Of a stretch of 64,000 nt of DNA, positions 45,491 to 55,743 are shown piece by piece. The first letter of the stretch is position 1; each line of letters starts with the position of its first letter. The notes beneath the pieces are model-generated. The model was given only the letters and a program-made list of their open reading frames with translations, searched no databases and was not told the origin of the DNA. This DNA comes from a virus (taxonomy: Duplodnaviria > Caudoviricetes). The position numbers and the translations under genes are program-made. The DNA lies in the IMG/VR virus record IMGVR_UViG_3300028048_000106, positions 28,188 through 92,187 of that record; one strand, given 5' to 3'.

Positions 45491-46894
45491 ATGGCTACTG
45501 GTAGCATAAGCTAGATAAAGTTGCCTAATGGCAGCACTTACGACCTAAAGGATGCCGGTCTACGCAACTAGACCGGCATCCTTTCCAGCGATGGCGTCAA
45601 TGTCGCAGGCGTAAGTGAAAGCTATTTTCGACCAACTATAAAGGTATTTGACGCAGATCCTGTTCGCATCGACTTAAGTGTAGTCAGGCTTTCAGCAGAT
45701 GACTATGATGAGCTAGTTGCAAATGATGAAGCATTGTCTAATGTCATCTATGTTGTTGATGACGCCAAGATAAATGCATATGATGAGCAGATAAAGAATC
45801 TAGCCGCAGGCGTCGACGACACAGATGCAGTCAATATGGCATAGTTCAACGCAGTCTCTGCGCGTATTGACGACACATACACAAAAGCAGAGACTGACTA
45901 GAAGATTGCAAGTGCACAATACTTCAAGAAGTATGTTGTGCAGACTCTGCCACCAGTCGCAGAAGCTGATGAGCGCGGAATCTACTTAGTGCCTAGTGAT
46001 GATCAATAGACTTCAAATACATATGATGAGTATGTCATCGTAGGAGAAGGATCTTCAAGAGAGTGGGAGAAGATTGGATCTAAGAGCATTGACCTCTCTG
46101 GATACAAGACAAAGCAGACTGCAAAGACAAGTCCAACTGCAAGTGGCACCACAACAGCATTCATTGACACAATATCTCAAGATGAGAATGGTGTCATAAC
46201 TGCTACCAAGAAGAATATTTAGTCAGCAACAACTTAGTAGGCAGGCATCGTCCAGCTGAACAACACGTTGACAAGCACTGCTACTAATCAAGCAGCTACT
46301 GCGAATGTAGTCAAGTTGACTAATGACAAGTTTGCTGACTATTCATTGATATCACATGTGCATGACCAGTACTTGACAGCAGTCCCTTCTGACTACAAGA
46401 CATATAGCGAGACATAGCAGACGCTCAGTGGTGATGGATATGCAACCCAAGACTAGCTAAATGAGAAGTCAACTGTGTCAGTAGACAATGTCAAGGCAGA
46501 TGTCAATTTGCAGCACATATCACAAAAAGACTATGAGCAGCTAGTAGTTGATGATGCTACGCTGAGCAATGCGCTGTATGTTGTCTCGGCTGACTATGTT
46601 GAGTCTTATGGCCAGCAGATAAAGAATGTTGCTCCTGGATCTGACTTGTCAGATGCAGTCAATGTAGAGCAGCTTCTCAGCGCGGTGGGCAATGTGCAAG
46701 TTCCAACTGACTTGAGCTCTTTCAACAACTCTCCTGGATATCTTGTGTCAAGTGACATAAGTGACTACTATTAGAAATCCGAGACAAGCAGTGCAATACA
46801 AATAGCAGTGGCTATTGACAGCATTAGAAATATGATATCTAGTGCTATGACATCAACATATGAATATGCGCAGCATGAGATTGGAGAACAGTAA
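45491..46894 (+). CDS. Tail fibre protein with two YadA-stalk-like motifs, TAG-recoded
   Basis: IKNLAAGVDDTDAVNMA[TAG]F and IKNVAPGSDLSDAVNVEQL; ATT..AGIVQL fibre repeat; N-terminus paralogous to 43730 gene. Confidence 0.75.
45547..45584 (+). terminator. 16-bp perfect hairpin inside 5' end of CDS (possible attenuator)
   Basis: AAAGGATGCCGGTCTA-CGCAAC-TAGACCGGCATCCTTT. Confidence 0.55.
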
Positions 46895-46896
46895 AA

Positions 46897-47094
46897 ATGG
46901 ATATTCCTACGCCAGATATAACCGTTAGAAGTCTTAAATTGTCTGATTAGACATATAGTGGTCGTGTACTATATGATTATTTGTCAGCAAATGAACAATA
47001 CATAAAGTAGTATTTCCACGACCTTTTGTTTGATACCATATTGTCTACGTACGAATATACGTAGGAAGAGATTGAAGGAGACAGCAATATATGA
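46897..47094 (+). CDS. Small hypothetical protein, TAG-recoded
   Basis: Fills gap; ATGA overlap with next gene. Confidence 0.5.
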
Positions 47095-49472
47095 AGAACT
47101 ATCCATCCCTGTCAGCGCTGTTTAGAGATGTCGGTCTGAGCATCGTGAAGAAGCACAAGGCAACAGGCTTGAGCTCGATTTGCCCGCTTGAGTTTGCAGA
47201 GAAGATAGACACGATCGACTAGGCGGAAGATGCAGACAAGGTCGCACTTGGAGAAATCAAAGACCTTTGGTTTTCTATTATAGGTGGTGTCTTGACGATC
47301 TGCTGGAGAGATCCGCTTGATGTAGTGCACGAAGGCTCTGTCATAACTCACTTTGGAGCTACAACGCTCAGAGCCAAGCTAGATGGCTATCCAGTTGGTC
47401 CTGAAGATGGCATATAGATTTACTCTGGAATGACAAGAGACAAGCATGCATCTACTCCACTTGTGGTTGACTTGGACTCACTAGGCTTGATCCAAGATGA
47501 TGGAGAAGGCGGAACTAAGACAATCTACTTCAAGTTCTTCTCTAAGACTTCTGGCAGTGCTTTGCATGATGGAATATGGAACACAGACACTTTGATTGGA
47601 GATGCAAATCAGTTCTCAAGTGAGTCATATGACTGGAGCGCAATCTACTCAGCTTTGAAAGACTACCCTACTGCAAAAGCATTGAGTGTCCTTCCTGAAG
47701 CTGGTTCAAAGGTGTTTGTCAACTACATGATAAGAGACTACTACCTCTCTTCTAGCATAAATGTGGCAGCTGAGACCCGTCAAGATGTTGTCAACAATGC
47801 TGACAAGCTTAGTGCTGTCTCCATTCCATGGACAATTCTCGGCTACAACGCAAATGTCCCACAATATGTTGGATACAAACGGCTTGATGACCTCACTTAG
47901 ACATACAAGTACATGTATGTGCAGTCAATTGATGACTCAGTGTCTTCATGCACGCTATTCAAGACTGATGGAACTTAGGAGACCATTGAGCTTGATGTTG
48001 GAAATAAGCAGTTCAGGAACATTGTTGCTGGATGCTAGACATACACTGAAGATGAGTGGGACTACTAGATCAACAAGAAGTCATATACAAAGAACAACTA
48101 TGTTGTTGATGCCGTGTCAGAGTCTACGTTTGGCTACAACAACGAAGGAACTGGAACATAGAATGTCTATCATGTTCCAGTCAAGATCAGCGCTGATGGG
48201 TATGAATGGGACTTCTGCGGTTACACGATGACAATCTAGCCACAGAATGCTTTGATTTCGATAAACAGGACTAGCAACACTGCAACTGCAACGTACACTA
48301 ACATTTAGTTTGATGCAACAGAGATCAGATACGCTGACATTTTTGAATAGTTCCCAGATGACACTTCTGGAGGCGAGACGTACGTGAGGCTAGAAGCAGA
48401 TGGACTCCATGAGATAGACTGGTCATTGTCAGCTTCGTTGAAAGTCAATGAGCTGCCATATGACGTATACAAAATAGAAGATGGCAGACTTGAGCTTCAG
48501 ACGTCGTATTTCTAGAAGTACTGCGGCTATGCGCTGAAGAGTATCAACGCAGAGACAGGCGCGAATGTATATGAGAACCTAGTCGAGATAGAAGACTTCG
48601 AGATTGGCAAGGCGTACTACACGACGTGCAACGCCAAAGACTACGACAAGACTAACAGAAACCTGAGCGTAGTAGCTGACGTCGTCAGATATGATGGCCA
48701 GTTATACGTCTGCAAAGCCAATGTGGCTATTGGCCAATCCAAAACGTTCGAGCAACTTTCGGCATCGAACTTCAGGGCTTTGTCATCGGCAGCCGAGCTG
48801 TCTGTCAAGGCTTTGTACGACGCCGGCATGTACTTCGTCTCCAGTTAGAAGATGCCATTGACGATGTTTGGCAAGGAGGTTGTTGAGCAGAACATGTTGA
48901 ACTGCTACTTTTACGGGCGCAATGTCTATGAGCAGTCATTCTACAAGCAGTATGCCAACAACATAAATGGATCAAGACGTTTCTCTGATTCACCTTACAA
49001 GCCACAGCACAAGCACGATGTTGTGTCTACTGCAGGTTTGGCAAATGCAAATAGTCTGATGTTGAAGCTGTACAAAGAGCAATAGATGATTAGGCATATA
49101 GTTCCTGCTGTGAACAGGACAGTTGTGTCTCCTATTAATGGACCATTTCGGCCAGACACATACACTAAAAACAATAGATAGACATGGGAGACTTCGATTG
49201 ACTTGTTCTGGCCATTAGCGAACTATGAGGTGTTCGGCTCTGGAGCAGATGCCAGCAGCACGTTCTCGAAGGTTTATCCAGACAATGCATCAAGAATAAA
49301 GACAAATCTTGCTGCAGATGGATCTTCATCTGCTAGTTCCGTGAAATGGTGGCTGCGTGATCCTACTACTGGCAACTCTTCCAATGAGTACCTTGTCTAC
49401 ACTTCTGGAGCATCCAACACCTACCTTGCCAACTACTCTTATGGCTTTGTCCCAGCTTGCATAATCGGATAA
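47091..49472 (+). CDS. DGR target: putative receptor-binding protein with C-terminal C-type-lectin-fold (DUF6273-like) domain, TAG-recoded
   Basis: 793 codons open with only TAG; FWPLANYEVFG...WWLR...GFVPAC; carries the VR. Confidence 0.85.
49331..49460 (+). repeat. DGR variable repeat (VR)
   Basis: 130 nt ungapped match to 50397-50526; 14 of 15 mismatches are at TR adenines. Confidence 0.95.
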
Positions 49473-49482
49473 TCGTTTAATC

Positions 49483-49499
49483 GGCCGCGTCAAGCGGCC
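49483..49499 (+). promoter_or_regulatory. GC-rich hairpin downstream of VR (DGR homing element)
   Basis: GGCCGC-GTCAA-GCGGCC, 10 nt after target stop; absent after TR. Confidence 0.7.
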
Positions 49500-49540
49500 A
49501 CTGATAAGCAAAAACATTAGATTGTGTAAGAAAAACTAGT

Positions 49541-49888
49541 ATGAGAGATATTATAAACATAGGAAAATTGATAGATCTCAGCTAGTATGGCATGGAGACG
49601 ACACCAAAAATGGATGTTGTCCATATAAGTGACTTAGATGGCAAGACAATAGTCATATAGAACATAGGTGAGTTCACCTCTAAGAGATATGGGAAAAAGG
49701 GAATCAAGGCAGAGATCTTGGTAGACGGAAAATAGAAGCTGCTGTTCACGACGGCTGTCATCATAATGAAGCAGCTTCTGGACATATAGACAAAGTTCAT
49801 AGTCAACAAGCTAGACTTCTAGAACATCAAGTGCAAAGTATAGAAAATAGATGGAAAGTACTTTAAGTTGGTTGACAGTGAAGAGTAA
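49541..49888 (+). CDS. Small DGR-embedded hypothetical protein, TAG-recoded
   Basis: 115 codons, only TAG stops; HISDLDGKTIVI...LFTTAVIIMKQL. Confidence 0.65.
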
Positions 49889-49918
49889 AAAAGTGAAAAC
49901 GTAGAGAAGTTGAATACT

Positions 49919-50368
49919 ATGGCGGTCCCTGCATACAAGAGAAATGAGAACAAGCTAGATGTCTTGAACATCGCAATGGCGGTATTTGAGATGGCGGTCT
50001 CTCTTGTCAAGAATGACTAGCTGCTGTCAAAGAAGAACTACAAGATAGTGGCAGAGCCAATGATGGCAAACATACGCAATCTGATGTACAAGATATCGCT
50101 AGCAAACAACATATTCGTTAAGACCGAAGAGACTAAGAAAAAGAGGATGATGCTATAGCTTAGCGCAAGAGAATATGCCATACAGCTTTAGGTAGATGTG
50201 CAGTTGATAATGAAGCTTTCAGCTGACTAGAAGCAGTTGGTCATCTGCAACAAGCTGATAGAAAAGATAGATGAGCTGAAGACAAAGATTGCTGGGTGGA
50301 TCAAATATACGGCAAAACAGGAGATTTTCAATGCAAGAGAAGAAGCTGGAGAGCAAAAACAAGACTAA
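49919..50368 (+). CDS. avd: Avd-like DGR accessory protein, TAG-recoded
   Basis: MAVPAYKRNENKL start, ANNI...R, I.GW end, basic four-helix pattern, directly upstream of TR. Confidence 0.8.
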
Positions 50369-50396
50369 TGTGCAGATTTGGCAGCATCTCAATAAA

Positions 50397-50526
50397 TGCT
50401 AGTTCCGTGAATTGGTGGCTGCGTAATCCTAATACTGGCAACTCTAACAATGAGTACAATGTCAACACTTCTGGAGCATCCAACAACAACAATGCCAACA
50501 ACTCTAATGGCTTTGTCCCAGATTGC
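50397..50526 (+). ncRNA. DGR template repeat (TR)
   Basis: AAC/AAT-rich (15 Asn codons) copy of VR between avd and RT. Confidence 0.93.
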
Positions 50527-50718
50527 TTTGTTTGCTGCCAAGAGATGCATGGCAATGGTGAAAGTATGCAATGCAGAAATCCTAAGCCATAGTGTGGCAG
50601 CAATATGCAAGGGAGATGCCGCTCAAGGCATTCGCCAAACATGCTAAATGATGCTAGATATGCTCTAAGCTGCAGTCAGATGCACTGGCAAGTCAAGCTA
50701 GACACATTTGCATAGCAT

Positions 50719-51849
50719 ATGTCTGCTAATAGAAGTCCAGCATTTCCAGTTTCTTCTCTTCATCCTTTTTTGTCTAAGCCATCTAAGTTTGTTTAGATGT
50801 TGACTCCAGAAATATTAGCAGATGCCGCTAGGAAGTGCGCACGTGGAGTTAGGTGGAAGACATCAGTGACTACATGGATGTTCAACTTAGTCTAGAACTG
50901 CAATAGACTTTGTAGAAGCATCAAGACAGGCACATACAAGCTCTCTAAGTATATTGTGTTCAAGACATTTGACAAGAAACCACGCATTATACACAGCACT
51001 AGGTTTTCAGACAGAGTGGTCTAGATGGCTATGTGTGATAATGGACTTCTTGAAGACCTTTGCAGACCATTGATATATGAGAATGGAGCATGCTTAGAAG
51101 GAAAGGGCTTCACATTTACATTCAACTTAGTCTCTAATCATCTGAGGAAATTCTATTTGCATGAAGGCCAGCATACAAATGCCGGTTGGTATGTCAAAGC
51201 TGATGTCAAGAAGTTCTTTGACAGCACTCCTCACAAGATTTTGAAGAATTGTGTTGCGAAGACTTTTAAAGATTCTTGGATGATTTAGTAGGTGGATGAC
51301 ATCATTGATTCGTTCAACATCAACGATACTAATGAAAAAACAGATGGATTTGGAACAAGAGGTGTTGGCCTTGGCAGCTAGATAAGCTAGCTGCTCTAGA
51401 TTCTAGTCCTCAACGGCTTAGATCATACGATGAAGCAGAAGTTCAAAGCCAAGCACTACATAAGGTACATGGATGACATCTTAGTCTTGGTTGAGTCTAA
51501 AGACAAAGCTAGCGCAGCTTTATGTGAGATCAGGCATCAGCTGGAGCAGATAGGCTTGGAACTGAATGCTAAGTCGAGAATAGGACGAATACAAGATGGA
51601 TTCACATTCTTGAATGTCAACTTCAGGTTGACGTCAACAGGCAAAGTGAAGAAGAAGCTTGGAAAAAAGACTATTAGAAGAGAGCTAAGCCGGTTGAAAA
51701 CTTTAGCACGCAAATTGAAATCTGGGCACCTATAGTACAGAGACTTCTTGCAACATGTCAATAGCTGGTTTGGGTCTAACATATGCAAAATGTCTAGAGG
51801 CTAGGTGAAGTTTTTGAGAAGAGCTATATCAATCTGTCTGCAAAAGTAA
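50719..51849 (+). CDS. DGR reverse transcriptase, TAG-recoded
   Basis: KPRII, DRVV[Q], ACLEGKG, KADVKKFFDS, GVGLGS[Q]IS[Q], RYMDD, FTFLN; start codon uncertain. Confidence 0.92.
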
Positions 51850-51870
51850 ATACTATAAGAGGATTCACAT

Positions 51871-52233
51871 ATGATGTCAAAACTAATAAAGATACTGTCA
51901 AAAGAGCAGTTTGAAGATGAGACTCTTGTCTCAAAGCTTCGTAGAGACTACACCGCTGACACTTCAGAACAGACTCAAGCTGAGTTTGAAGCTGCATGTG
52001 AAGTGTTTAGGCAAGTATGCAGAGACATTGAAACTGCAACAGGAATTCAAGGGTTCAAAGGCGGGTTTGATGAGATGCTTGCATTCCAACAGTCTGAAGT
52101 GGCAACAACCCAAGCTGGTTTTGCTCTTGCAATTAGATGGAGTGCAGCTGACAAGCTTTGCACATACCTTGCAAACAAGATGAAGATTGGCCAACCAGCA
52201 TGGTGGAAGAAATGCTGGGGAATTGAAGAGTGA
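51871..52233 (+). CDS. Hypothetical late protein
   Basis: GTAAATA and GAGG upstream; 120 aa. Confidence 0.6.
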   Translation: MMSKLIKILSKEQFEDETLVSKLRRDYTADTSEQTQAEFEAACEVFRQVCRDIETATGIQGFKGGFDEMLAFQQSEVATTQAGFALAIRWSAADKLCTYLANKMKIGQPAWWKKCWGIEE

Positions 52234-52267
52234 ACTACTCGCACCCTAAATGGTGTGATGTTTCTTG
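52230..52267 (-). mobile_element. 38-nt fused IS200/IS605 left/right end (non-autonomous mini element)
   Basis: CAAGAAACATCACACCATTTAGGGTGCGAGTAGTTCAC. Confidence 0.7.
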
Positions 52268-52367
52268 CAGAAGAAAGTCTAAATGCCACACGTCAGATGA
52301 TTTCAGCGCTGTGAACCTGTGGTTTTTCTCTCTTGAATCTATAGTTTAAGCCAAATGCTTCTATGCA

Positions 52368-53261
52368 TCAATCTACCATCTTCTGCACTCTAGACAAACT
52401 TACTATAGGCACTATGCTCTGCCATTGAGTTGAACTGTCTTCTCTTATGCTCAGTGTTGCTGACCATGGAGAGTCAAGGTCTTTGTCAATGCTCAATGAC
52501 ACGCATCCAATGAATAGCTTCTTGTCATATAGACTGTCTTTGCATGACAAGTCATCAACAATGACCTCTGCATCTGCTGCCATCCGTGGGCAGTTGCTGT
52601 CTACTACATAGTCTTTGAAGAGTGGGGCTTTCTTGCAGCCATACTTTGTGAAGTCAAATTGACATCTATACTTGCCATTCACGACAAATGAGTCAGTGTG
52701 CTCTAGACTAAGCAGCATGCTGTGCATTGCCTTTCCATCCATTGGAATGCCAAGCGCTTTCTGCACTTGACAGATGTCATCTTTGCAGAAGCCTTTGCAT
52801 GGATCTACTTTGACAATGTGCTTATGCACATGCTCTAAGCTGTCTTCTACTGCATATGTGTCATCATCAAGCACGGCGTATGACTCAACTAAGTTGTCTA
52901 CTGTGAAGTCATCAATAGCTTTGATCTTTGCATCTCCAACTGCATCAGCATGCTTGCCAACAAACACATCTCCAACTATTCTCTCTTTCAGCCAAGGCAG
53001 CATCTCAAGAAATGCAATTGGGCTCATGCTGCAGTTCTGCTCTTCTGCATCTCTATGCTTAGCCCAATCAGACAGCCACACAATGCGCAGCTTTGGCTCT
53101 GCATCAACAAAGGCTTTCAATGCCTCAACTGCTGGCTTGTGCAAGCAGACACAGTAGTCAGCATATGTGTCACAGTACAAGTCTTTGCCATTCTCTGCCT
53201 TGTTCAAGACACCATCAATGTCAAGAAACAAGACTTTCTCAATGCTTTTGATGTAGTGCAT
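52368..53261 (-). CDS. HAD-superfamily (RNA-repair-like) domain plus unknown C-terminal domain
   Basis: LFLDIDGVLN, IVWLSDW, YAVLDD, DPCKGF. Confidence 0.72.
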   Translation of the reverse strand: MHYIKSIEKVLFLDIDGVLNKAENGKDLYCDTYADYCVCLHKPAVEALKAFVDAEPKLRIVWLSDWAKHRDAEEQNCSMSPIAFLEMLPWLKERIVGDVFVGKHADAVGDAKIKAIDDFTVDNLVESYAVLDDDTYAVEDSLEHVHKHIVKVDPCKGFCKDDICQVQKALGIPMDGKAMHSMLLSLEHTDSFVVNGKYRCQFDFTKYGCKKAPLFKDYVVDSNCPRMAADAEVIVDDLSCKDSLYDKKLFIGCVSLSIDKDLDSPWSATLSIREDSSTQWQSIVPIVSLSRVQKMVD

Positions 53262-53270
53262 ATTGCCTCC

Positions 53271-54173
53271 TTACATGCTCTCACAGGCTAGCAGCTCAAT
53301 GCCTGATATCCCATCTATTCCATCTGCATCATCTTCACAGTAGATGTAGAAGTCACCATAGCCATCGCCAGAGTTTGCAATCCTGACATAGAACAGTGCA
53401 TCTCCATGCGCAATTCTAGCTTCAAGTGCATCTAAGTCTTCCCATCTAGCAAGATCTACCACATAGCCTCTAGAAATGAGGTCTCTTGTGTTGTCAATGG
53501 TGTCTTTTGTTATTTGGTAGGTGTCAATTGACTCAAAGCACACATTAGCACTTGCTCTTCTGTCTGCTGCCACATGTGCCTTAGCAATCTCTACAATCGC
53601 CTTCACACGCCTGTCAATCTCTTCTGCTGTCTCTTGCCTACTGCCAGCTCCATTGAAGTGGTATCTGTTGAATGTTGACTCCATTGTGCTGTTTGGCACA
53701 ACAATCCCTTGTGCATAAGTCTTCTCATAGTGGACAGCTGTGTCAGTAGCCTCGTCATACTCGTCAAGACTGTAGGCGTCTTTCTCCCAGTCATATACAG
53801 AGCCATGTCTAGATTGTCCATCTTTGATGCTCTTCAGCACATTCTTGTAGTGCTCCCACTCTTTTTCAGCAGCTTTGCTTGCATTTGGGTCTTTTCTGCC
53901 CGATATCCATATCTTCTTGAAGTAGTCTAGACTGTACTTCACAGCTTTTGTCTTGACAAGAAGCTTTCCTATGAATGCAAGCTGGAAAGTCCTTACACAG
54001 AAGTCTAGTATGCACTTGTTGCGGCCAGCTAGTGCCTTGTCATGGTATGGAGACCTCTTGTTTGTACATGACTTGGCTAAGTCTTTCAGCACATCATCTA
54101 GATACTGCTTCTGGCAGGCAACTACAAAACTGCTGCTTGAGCTGTTGCTCACAAAGTCTACTCTTGCTTTCAT
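53271..54173 (-). CDS. SNSSSSSF-motif protein 2
   Basis: MKARVDFVSNSSSSSF; ATG 6 nt after TACAAT. Confidence 0.75.
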   Translation of the reverse strand: MKARVDFVSNSSSSSFVVACQKQYLDDVLKDLAKSCTNKRSPYHDKALAGRNKCILDFCVRTFQLAFIGKLLVKTKAVKYSLDYFKKIWISGRKDPNASKAAEKEWEHYKNVLKSIKDGQSRHGSVYDWEKDAYSLDEYDEATDTAVHYEKTYAQGIVVPNSTMESTFNRYHFNGAGSRQETAEEIDRRVKAIVEIAKAHVAADRRASANVCFESIDTYQITKDTIDNTRDLISRGYVVDLARWEDLDALEARIAHGDALFYVRIANSGDGYGDFYIYCEDDADGIDGISGIELLACESM

Positions 54174-54209
54174 AGTAACATTGTACTCTATTTTCGACAG
54201 CCTCACCAA

Positions 54210-54623
54210 TCATGCTTGTCTACTTTCCCACTCTTGGCACAGTATGCCATTCTTTGAAAGCCACTCAGCTACGATGTGCCTATGGCAGAACTTCTCCGGC
54301 GTCTCATAGCACAAGATGAAAGTTGGGTTCCACTCTGCCAAGTCTTTCAGCTCTCTTGCTGTAGACAAAGGGTCAAGGATGTTCAGCACAGTCTTGCAGT
54401 ATCTGCTAGTGTACCACTTTCTTGACTCTTCGCTTTCTAGAGAGTCTTTGAACATGCTGTGCCACTCTCTCCACCAACTCCAATGTGGCATCAATGGCTT
54501 GTACTTCTCTCCTTTGAACCAGTCAGGCGTCTTTCCTGCAATAGACACTAGCCTAGCATCTGGGACAGTGGCAAGTATCTTCTCTATGTTTCCAAAGTAG
54601 CTTGTGTACACCATAGCTGTCAC
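54210..54623 (-). CDS. DUF488-like protein
   Basis: YTSYF, VSIA..P, L.P, ILCYETPEKFCHRHIVAEWL. Confidence 0.75.
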   Translation of the reverse strand: MTAMVYTSYFGNIEKILATVPDARLVSIAGKTPDWFKGEKYKPLMPHWSWWREWHSMFKDSLESEESRKWYTSRYCKTVLNILDPLSTARELKDLAEWNPTFILCYETPEKFCHRHIVAEWLSKNGILCQEWESRQA

Positions 54624-55438
54624 CCTTCATGGAATATGCAGTGGACAACACCTTCATCTAAGAAGTCTTTCCATGTGTAGATGTCACCATTCAGCCAAGA
54701 CACTCTGTTTGGCATGCGCTTCTTGCTGTCTTCATCAAGTGGGTATTTCTCTAGCAGTTTGGGGTCTATAGGGTCAATCTTCTTCAATTCTACTAGTCTT
54801 GCAAACAGTATCTCAATGAATCTAGCACATGAGTAGGCCGGCGACTCAAATCTCACGTCTTTGCCTTGCTTGCTGTCTTGACTGTCTTTCTGGCCATCTT
54901 CATCTATTCCATCTATGGACATTATGTCGTTTTCACCGAAATGTATGAATAGATGTGTGCCATTGTCTAGAAGCACTTCATCAGCTTTCTTTATCTCTAG
55001 TTTTCTACGAGCTTCTCTAATAGTCTCTTTAATGTATTCTGGTGCATCAGAATGAGCTAGGCTGTCTTCGTCACCATTTGAAAGATACCAACTATGGTCT
55101 ATAGCCTCTAAGCTTCTAAGAAGACTCTTGAATACTTGCGCCTGCTCTTTAACTGGATCCCAAGCATCATCCATGTTTGGAAACTCTTGATTCCAGAACT
55201 CTAGCATTTGGCCAAATGCACGGACTGCTTTCGCTCTGTCTTTAGGCATCTCATACACAACAAATGGCCTAGACAGCTCATCTTTGCTGTCAAGATCTAC
55301 TTTGCCATCTATCCATAGACTAGCAAGCGCTTCTTCAATGTCTGCCTTGCCAATCTTGAAGTGTGTGAATATCTCAGTCTTAGATATTATGAAGCTTGAG
55401 CTTGAGCTGTTTGACACAAAGTCTTGACGTGCTTTCAT
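54620..55438 (-). CDS. SNSSSSSF-motif protein 3
   Basis: MKARQDFVSNSSSSSF. Confidence 0.75.
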   Translation of the reverse strand: MKARQDFVSNSSSSSFIISKTEIFTHFKIGKADIEEALASLWIDGKVDLDSKDELSRPFVVYEMPKDRAKAVRAFGQMLEFWNQEFPNMDDAWDPVKEQAQVFKSLLRSLEAIDHSWYLSNGDEDSLAHSDAPEYIKETIREARRKLEIKKADEVLLDNGTHLFIHFGENDIMSIDGIDEDGQKDSQDSKQGKDVRFESPAYSCARFIEILFARLVELKKIDPIDPKLLEKYPLDEDSKKRMPNRVSWLNGDIYTWKDFLDEGVVHCIFHEG

Positions 55439-55463
55439 GTCTTTATCTTACAATGCCTAGAGA

Positions 55464-55742
55464 TTAGTTAGATGCTTGTTTCTTGGGCCTAGCATATTTG
55501 TCTGCTTTCCAATATCCAGGATCAGCATACATGATCTTGCAGAGCTGTGGAAGAAGCTTTTCAGGAGGGTATCCACCAGGATAGTCGCCTTCACACTGCG
55601 CAGCATGGCGCAGCTCTTGGTCTATCTCTTGAAGAGTGTATGCCATGTTCAAAGCTTCATCAAACAAGCTTTGGTAGACAAGGTCTGGAACCATTCGTTC
55701 CTGGGGCTTCTCGCTTTTAGGTGTCTTCTTCTTGCTCATCAT
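55464..55742 (-). CDS. Hypothetical protein
   Basis: Intact ORF in operon. Confidence 0.55.
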   Translation of the reverse strand: MMSKKKTPKSEKPQERMVPDLVYQSLFDEALNMAYTLQEIDQELRHAAQCEGDYPGGYPPEKLLPQLCKIMYADPGYWKADKYARPKKQASN

Positions 55743-55743
55743 G

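Noticed and set aside
50296-50647. Asn-rich ORFs over the TR
   Set aside because: These are the template repeat read as protein; the TR functions as RNA.
50719-51849. Retron or group II intron RT
   Set aside because: TR/VR pair with A-specific mismatches, avd and the SQ motif identify a DGR; no intron or msr-msd structure seen.
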